This document shows, piece after piece, positions 56,080-64,000 of a DNA stretch of 64,000 nt; within the stretch, counting starts at the first letter, position 1; each line of letters starts with the position of its first letter. The notes beneath the pieces were generated by a model that saw nothing but the letters and a program-made list of their open reading frames with translations, was not told where the DNA came from and made no database searches. Origin of the DNA: Sminthopsis crassicaudata (taxonomy: Eukaryota); NCBI RefSeq assembly GCF_048593235.1, contig NC_133617.1:377584067-377648066 (forward strand). The letters are read 5' to 3'. The translations under genes and the position numbers were made by a program.

Positions 56080-59000
56080 TGAAACATGCAGAGCATCACA
56101 AATATTCCCACTTGAAGGTCCTGTTATCAGTAGATCTGCCATTTATGTAGACAAATACCAGAGAAAAGAAAGCATGTAATGTGTTCTTTCCATCCACATC
56201 AACATTCCCTATATCTGTAGCTGGTATTTGTGGAGTTGATTTTAATTATCTATTTGGTAGTTGCAGCTGATTTCTTTCCCTTGTGAAATTGCCCACTGAA
56301 ATTTTGTTTTTAGTTAGTATTTCAAACCATCTGTCTATTGGCATGTGTTCTCAAGATAAACCCATCAGAGACTCCCCAACCCCACAGCATCTAGACAGAC
56401 ATTGGGTCTGGAGGGGTTAACAGGAATGTTGGTAGAAAGAAAGGAATTATAAAGAAAGGGTATCCTGCAAGAGTGAGGAGCCTGGAAACTAGGTACAGGA
56501 TTATAGAGATTATAAAGATACATAGTTTCTTAAATCTTTGAAAACTGTCTTCCCAAGTCCCATTGATGTTGTATATTTTGTCATCTCACAAATATTAACT
56601 ATCCAATCAATATGTTACTATTAGGAAGTTTTTCTTTGTTTTCTTTTCCTTTTTATTAAAGTTGTCTAAAAGATGCATGGGGAAATAAATTGAGCTAGTC
56701 CTCAAGGAATATACTGAATGGAACATGAGTCCATACAATTAACTAGAACCTATTTAATAAGTCTGAGTGGCAGTATTGGTTTCTCCAGTCTTCTACCACA
56801 GAATTATGCTATGGCAGTTTCCCCTTATTGACACAGTCATTGTTGGTCACTCCCATACTTGGAGGAGATATGTAGTATAATTGACATTGTTTTTTAACAA
56901 ATGTTTCTGAAGTAATTGGAGGTTCCAGTTGCTAATAGAAAAATGCTGTGCTAACTTCATGAAAAAGTGGTGAAAAACTGAGGAAGATATTATATGATGT
57001 AACTTTAGTGCCTGAGATTCATACCGTTCCTGTAGCAAAGTAGAAGACCCTAGACCTCTAGAATGCACCTTAACACACAAAACCTGCTATGCCAATTAAA
57101 GAATCATCTTATCAATTATTTTCCTCACTAATTCCATTGTTGATTTTCCTCTCAAGATTATTAGATGTTTCTTTTACTCAGTCCTTACCCCCAATTCCAT
57201 TTAAATATTAGGAAGTCTTTAATTTATTTTTCTGGAGTATAGATACTTTTTTCTATTTTCCTGAGGAACTAAACCAATATGGGAAGGCTGAAGCTTATGA
57301 TGAAATGATCAAAGTTTATCATGAAAGTTTATGAAAAGCTTGCCAGGAAATATTCTTCATGCCTTCTTCCCTGTCTGAAATATCAGTAGACCACTGGTGG
57401 AAACTATTATCCCAAAATCATTTGGTTGGTCAATATAAACCAATAAGGAAAGTAAAAAAAAAATTACATTTTTTTTTCTATTCAATATGACACTATTTAA
57501 TGTCCAGATTCCATTAAAACATGCCCTGATTTTCCAAATTCATATTGTCTTTATTTGATATTACTTCAATACATAACAATTTTCTAGGGAAAATATGCTT
57601 ATATTCTTCAGCTTAACTGCAGAAAGATTAACCATGGGCTATATAAGAAGTAAAAAACAGACATTTGTAAGTTTTATGTCAGGAAAAACTTCCAAATATT
57701 TAATGTGATCCAAATATGAAAAGTACATGGTTTTGAGAAGGAGCACCTATTATTCATCACTGAATAACACAATTGGTGACAGGAAATGGAATGTTGAGAG
57801 TGATAGCAGCATTTTCTAGATTTGGAGATCCTTCCCTTCAGTTTTAATATCAAACTTTCTATTGCAAGTCTTTCACCAAGCTTACTGAAAATATTTTCAT
57901 CTTAGACTTCACATTAAAGAAATATGTAATTAGTAATACATTTATGATTACCAAATTTTGCTAACTTTGTGGAAACAGTCAAAACTGTTGTTCCCAAGAG
58001 TATATTTTACTTAAAGAACTGATATCCCAAAATAAAAATGTAAACAATGCTTGTGGATACTATTTGATCTTTTCCTAATAGATTCTCATGGGGTTTTCTT
58101 TTCTTTTTCACCCCAATTTTCTTCTTTGATTTCAGTCTCGTGTGTTTGATATGCTCTTTGTCACATTTTTGCTTTACTTACCTCACAGGGTTGTTAGAAG
58201 GATCAAAAGAGATAATATATGTAAAGTGCTTTTTAAACCTTAAATTGCTGTACACATGTCAGCCATCATCATTATCATTATCATTAAAATTGCTTTTCTA
58301 ATTTTTTTCAGTACCTTCTCATTTTAGCTTGAGTTTTCTATTGTATTTTATATGTCTTTTAACTTCTCTCTTCACTTGTTTTCCCCTCTGTCTAATTCTA
58401 TCCTTGGTCCTCTTAGGATTATTAAATATCTCTTGTTCTCTGTCTTCACCCCAAATCCATTGTTTCAATGTGATTCCTACTCATTCTATAATGTCTCACT
58501 TCATGATTTCCAAATAGCATCTTTCTGTGTGTGTCTCTGACACATGGTAAATAGTATGCTTTTAAGGGAGGGCTGCTGTTTATTCTCATGGGAAAAGAAA
58601 ATTAGCAGACTGACAAATGTATTAGCAGTGACATTAACCACAGACTTGTTAGCCTTAAAGATGAAATACTTAAAGCTTTCAGCATATTTCAGTTCCAAGA
58701 AAATCATGACTTTAGTCAAACTGATTGATGAAGTAAAGTCATTCTCTAATAGACATTTAAAATACTGTAAATAATTTAGTATAACAATAGAGAAATACAT
58801 AATTATTAATATATTTATCATTACTTACCATAAGCCATTACTTTAGAAAAATAGCATGAAGCAATTAATTTATAAAATGTAGGCCAAAAAAATTTTATTG
58901 GGGTTTTTTCTCTTCATTTTCAAAGCATAAAAATTAGGAGCAATGGTTAAGACATTTAGTTATCTAGCTGCTTGACCATGAACAAGTAACTTATTCAGTT

Positions 59001-60360
59001 TCCTTTTTATCTTAATCTCTGATTTCATAAATATAGCAAAAACTTCTCTTTACTGATGTAAATCTGAGACTTACATGTAACCTATAACTTATATTCTTAG
59101 AAAAAATGTTTGATGCACTGAGAAATTAAGTGATTTGCCCAGAATTATACATCTAGCATGTATCTAGGACAAGAATTTAAGAGCTGGAATAAAATGGAAG
59201 CTGTATTGTACAATAGAAAAGAGCATTGTTTCTGAGTCAAAGGATCTGGATTCAAATCTTAAATCTGATGCTTACTATCCATGTGTTTAAGGCAGGTTAT
59301 TTTACCTCTTTGAGCCTAGTTTCTCCACCTAGACAATAAAGAATTAGATGACTTTTGAGGATCCTTCTCATTCTGTGATCTCTGTGACTTCAAGATTGAC
59401 ACTCTAGTTTGTTTATTAAGAATTTAAAATGCATAATCTTTAATGTTGCTTCTGTCTCTGAAATTCTCAGGCCCCCACAAACTCCAAACATGAAACTTTC
59501 TGAAGCACTTTGTTTTTCCAGTCATAAAAGGTACATGATGTTCTGTATTATGTGTTTGTAGCACATGAGGCAATGCTTGTTGAGGGAGTGGAGGAGGATT
59601 TGTTGTCATCAATGGAAAACATTGTACAGCTACGATCTGATCAGCAGTAATTAGGAAATCATCTTGCTGTCATTGTGCCTGGGATTCAGCCTACCTGAAA
59701 ACTATTCTCATTCTCTCCCCCTCTCTGGCCGATCTTGCTGAGCTGGAGTATTTAGCTTAACTGACTGTTAGATGTTTTATGGTGTTTCTAACAATTTCAT
59801 CAGCTCCCTGTGATAGAGTGCTTCTGTTTCCTAATGCTTAATCTGAAGATGAGAAGAACTGGGCAATCTTTCCTTTATGTGTTCCATTGTGACTGCAGTC
59901 ACTTCACTTTGCAAATCACAGACACAGACATATAAGTGATTTGGCTTAGTCCCCTTTCAGGTTAAATAGAAAATGTTTGATGGAATGTTGGGCTTATTGC
60001 ATTATAGATCTGACATAAATTCCACAAAGGGCCAAGAAAAGGGATTTTTTTTTCCCTTCCCCAGTGAAAATTCCTTTTAGCTGTTGAAATGATCAGCTGC
60101 ACTTTAAATGAACCTGGATTAGGAGGCCATTTGTCTTCTGAAGCAGTAAGTCTAAGGGGAAAGAAAATGTGACCCTTTTAATAGTGGCTTTTATATTATA
60201 GCCCAGGTTTATAACTTGAGCACCTTCAAGCCCTTGCATCTTTGTAAGGATGCTTAAGTGCTGTATTTCCCTCCATTTATATATTCCTTTTCTCGGGATG
60301 TATTTCTTTGAAAAAATAAAAACCCAGGCTCTTCTCATCTTTTCAATCTCCCAAGGATCA

Positions 60361-60780
60361 ATATGTCGTGGACATGACAGGCCCCAGACTCACTTCATTG
60401 TACTGCGAAATTGAGTTTGATTTTTCCCCCTACAAATTGTGGCTTGTGGTCCAATTTGTCTGAAGAGTGAGCGTGTGAGGAAGGTGGCAGTCACTGACAA
60501 CGGACAGCAAAAGCTTCTGATTTATGTTTTATGGCTAGTTGGGAAGTCATGTATTCCTGCTGTAACCTGATCTTTTTGGCAGGCCTCATTTCGGTAAATA
60601 TGCTTTCATAAAAAACTGCCCATAAATTACTACATTACATTAGTCCAAGTGCCTTTGCCCAGCCACTTGTAGGCAACCATTAGCAATTTTCATCAGGGAG
60701 TAATACAAGACTACCCAAATCTGTCACAGGGAAGTGTCTCAAGCAGGGTGAGAAGAAAGTGGCGTTCATTGCTTGGGCCA
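60361..60780. promoter_or_regulatory. Candidate intronic enhancer (PBX-HOX, HOX and MEIS motif cluster)
   Basis: TGATTTATG 60518-26, TTTTATGGC 60527-35, CCATAAATTA 60620-29, TGACAG 60375-80 and CTGTCA 60721-26. No repeat recognised. Motif match only. Confidence 0.35.
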
Positions 60781-62120
60781 AGTGAATAACAACACTTGCA
60801 TAGTTTGATTGTATTAGATCACTAGTTAAACACTACAATCCACTGATGTTCATGTTTAAACCCATGTGTTAATTAAAGGTCTTTTTAGAACTTTCCTTGC
60901 TTCCCTATTAGCAATAATTTGTTTTCAAGATTGGATCTCCTTATCTTGTTCTGGTGATTCTGAAGAACTCACCCCTAGTTCGGCAACATTGTGGCTCCCC
61001 AGTCTTACCCAGGACCTCATCCCCCAATATCCCCTATACTCCCATCCATATTAATGCAGAATTTAGTGCACACTGCAATTCAGAACTACTCTTAGGTAGT
61101 TGGGATTGCAGATATACATCAACATACCCAGCTTAAAATTTTGTTTTAAATTAAAATTAAATGTCTAGCTTAAAATTTGGGGTTTAAAGCTAGAAGAGAA
61201 ATTGGAGATATTTAGTTCAAATCTTTCACTCTACAGAAGAGCAGTCTGAGGTTCAGTGAGGGACATCCTCAAATTCACAAAGGTAATCCATTGCTAGATA
61301 TGGAAATTGAATACCAGTCCTCTCTCTTCTATCAAATACCTTTTATTTTTCCATTGTCATGCTAAGCTGACTCCCATCTTAAATTATTTTAGTAAAATGC
61401 AATAAGATAGCAAATTCATGTCCTTGAGGAAAAGGTAAAAAATAGTTCAGTAAATGTATGTTGCCAGGTGTATCATATCATTAGGGCCAATTTTGTAGAA
61501 CCCCAAGATAAGGAAAATATTTGCCAAAAGTCCTCTAGGTGATTATTGCCAATGGTACCTGCATTATGAATATACTTATTTTCACTGGATGTTTTAAATT
61601 TATATGCTCTATAAGGAGTCTTGGGAAAGGATATTTATTCTCCTGTGTGCACCAAAAAGAGTTTTTTCCACAGGAGGGAAGATCAAACCATTCCTCTAAT
61701 AGTTTGAGGAAATGATTGGAGTTTTTGGCATTTTGGAAGACATTCAATAACAGATAGAATACCTGGCCATTGAACTTTGATCAGATTCCAGCCCTGTCCC
61801 CAAAGCCTTTATTCTTGTAATGTATCACCTCTACAATCAAGAGAAGAGAATAATATATGACCAGTGAGTCTTTGGATACTGAGCCACCATGGAAAATGGT
61901 TATAAAATTAAAATTTACAAGAAAAAATAATGTTCAAACATTGTCATGATTGGGGAACTAAATGGAAAAGAGATAGAAGAGAGTGAGTTAAAGAGAGAAA
62001 ATCTCTGAAACTCACGATAAAAGTAAAGTAAACCTAGAAAACAAATGTGTGTAATTAAGTCAGAATTTTATTTGTTTTGCCAAAGGCTGTAGTAATTAGA
62101 AATGTGTGACCCATTGAAAA

Positions 62121-62121
<1 letters not shown>

Positions 62122-62152
<31 letters not shown>
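62122..62152 (+). repeat. (AAC)n microsatellite
   Basis: Direct reading. Confidence 0.95.
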
Positions 62153-62153
<1 letters not shown>

Positions 62154-63269
62154 AACTTCAAATACAGTCTTTGTTATTCCATTAATAAAATCAAAGTGAA
62201 TTATCAAGTTAATATAATGCAAACTATATAGTTTAAGTGATGTTTTTATAGTCTAGGTAAATATAGCTATAGGAAAATGATCATGCCTTATATAGGGCAT
62301 TGTATACAATATACACTGAATAAATGTTTGGTAAAATAAGGAAGGAATTAACAAATTCAAGTAAGGAAGAAAATATATTTACAGAGTCTCATTACTTAGG
62401 GTGAAAGAGAGTAAGTAAATACAAGAGAAAAGGAGGGAAGANNNNNNNNNNNNNNNNNNNNNNNNNNNNNNNNNNNNNNNNNNNNNNNNNNNNNNNNNNN
62501 NNNNNNNNNNNNNNNNNNNNNNNNNNNNNNNNNNNNNNNNNNNNNNNNNNNNNNNNNNNNNNNNNNNNNNNNNNNNNNNNNNNNNNNGCAGAATAATTTA
62601 ATAATGAGTTCTGACTCATTGTCAAGAAAAATGGGTTCTAGTTCCAATCTTTCACTAACTAGATGTGTGACATTAGTTAAAACATTTAAACTCTAAGGTC
62701 TTTCACAAAGTATACAAGACGAAAAGTCTTTTAAAACTAATGTTTATGGCAGTTTAGTAAGATTAAGAGTGCAAGAAGACCAAATTGGGGAGGATTTGAA
62801 AAGTGATAGGCATTAGAGAGGGAAAGAAAGCAACCTTTCTTAAGTCACTTAAAAATATGAATCAATGGTCCTGAAATCCATCTTATAAGGAAATAATTTT
62901 AAGTTTTATAGAGTCAAATAGCTTTTTTGAAGCCTTGTATCTTTGAAAACTACACATAGGGGTTTAGCTTTTTTTATTAATCATCAAGCAAAAGCATTTC
63001 AATAAAAAAGAAAAACAAAAAGTCATCTCATATTAAATTATAGTGAGCTTAAGTTTCTATGTGTTATAATAATATAAATATATTATATAATATAAATATA
63101 TGATAGCCATGAAATATAAATATTTACTAAAATAAGTATGTTTTCTAACATGAGTATATTAATATATACGTATGTACTTACATTTAACCATGATAAGATC
63201 TATCTATATCCCATTATTCACTTTCTGTTCTGTATTTTAGTAAATTATATTAATGTTCTTTTAAAAATA

Positions 63270-63830
63270 TCTATTACTACCCACTAATCTACCAGTCACC
63301 TCCATTCTCAATGAAGCCCTCCCTTATAACAAATATATTAAGCAAAACTAATTATTGCTTGGTCTTGTCTGAGAATGAATACCTTATTCTGCCATCATCT
63401 AGTCCATCATCTTTCTGCTACGAGATGATTTGTCTGTATATTAATGATTAGTTGGTGCTTTGCTCAGAGTTTTAAAGTCTCATCAAAATTGTTTCTCCTA
63501 TAATTGTGTTAATCACATAATTTTTCTCTTGTTTCTCCTCAATTCACTTGTCATATATTCATACAAGCATTTTCATATTTCTCTGAGATTGTCATATTGC
63601 TAATAAAACAATAATTTATCATTATATTTATGAATTAGAATTGGTTCAAATATTCTCCAATTGATGAGTATTTTTTCTCCCAGGTCTGTGATACAACAGA
63701 GGATTGACATGAGTATTTGTATGTGTCCTGAACCTTTTCTTCTAGACTTTATTTTCTTGGAATGCATTCCTAATGATAACATTCCCGGGTCAATGGCTTG
63801 GTTGAGTGACTGTGGGAGCATATTTCCAAA
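63270..63830 (-). mobile_element. Old L1 3' end / ORF2 C-terminal fragment
   Basis: Antisense L1-like sequence (ttggttcaaatattctccaattgatg...gatacaacagagg...ttggaatgcattcctaatgataacattcccgggtcaatgg). Confidence 0.55.
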
Positions 63831-64000
63831 TTACTTGTCTGATTGGTTAAAATCACTATATCTCTTTCAACAATAAGTTTAAATGTAAAAGAAACAAGCA
63901 GTTGGGGGGAAATCTTTACAGCAAATTTCTCTGATAAAGGTTTTTTTTTAAAGATTTTTTTAATTGAAAAAAAAATTTCTAGTTGATCTTCATGTCAAAG

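Overview
This is AT-rich mammalian genomic DNA, not a prokaryotic locus. The repeat content (Mar1-type CORE-SINEs with RTE/BovB-like tails, MdoRep1-like SINEs, marsupial-type L1 ends) points to a marsupial, probably a dasyurid such as the Tasmanian devil; the species is an inference. The window holds six consecutive + strand coding exons of DCC, the netrin-1 receptor: exons 22-27 by human numbering, recalled from memory (66, 163, 227, 117, 162 and 213 bp). All six have GT-AG boundaries and splice in frame into 948 nt (316 codons). They cover the juxtamembrane linker, the transmembrane helix, the cytoplasmic P1 and P2 motifs and the D1290-equivalent caspase site. Exons 21, 28 and 29 are not visible. 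The rest is intron: old L1, L2, L3/CR1, MIR and marsupial SINEs, a few DNA-transposon relics, microsatellites and eight N gaps. Nearly all ORFs in the supplied track are artefacts. I find no support for a new multi-gene system, CRISPR array or RNA gene. The best leads are: a young solo LTR antisense to DCC with recognisable promoter motifs, a splice donor and a hairpin; an L1 with twin-priming-like inverted architecture; a tandem donor at exon 26; an in-frame stop just after the transmembrane exon; a perfect Maf (T-MARE) palindrome; and a HOX/PBX/MEIS motif cluster in intron 27. Repeat-family names come from recalled consensus sequences, and repeat boundaries are approximate.
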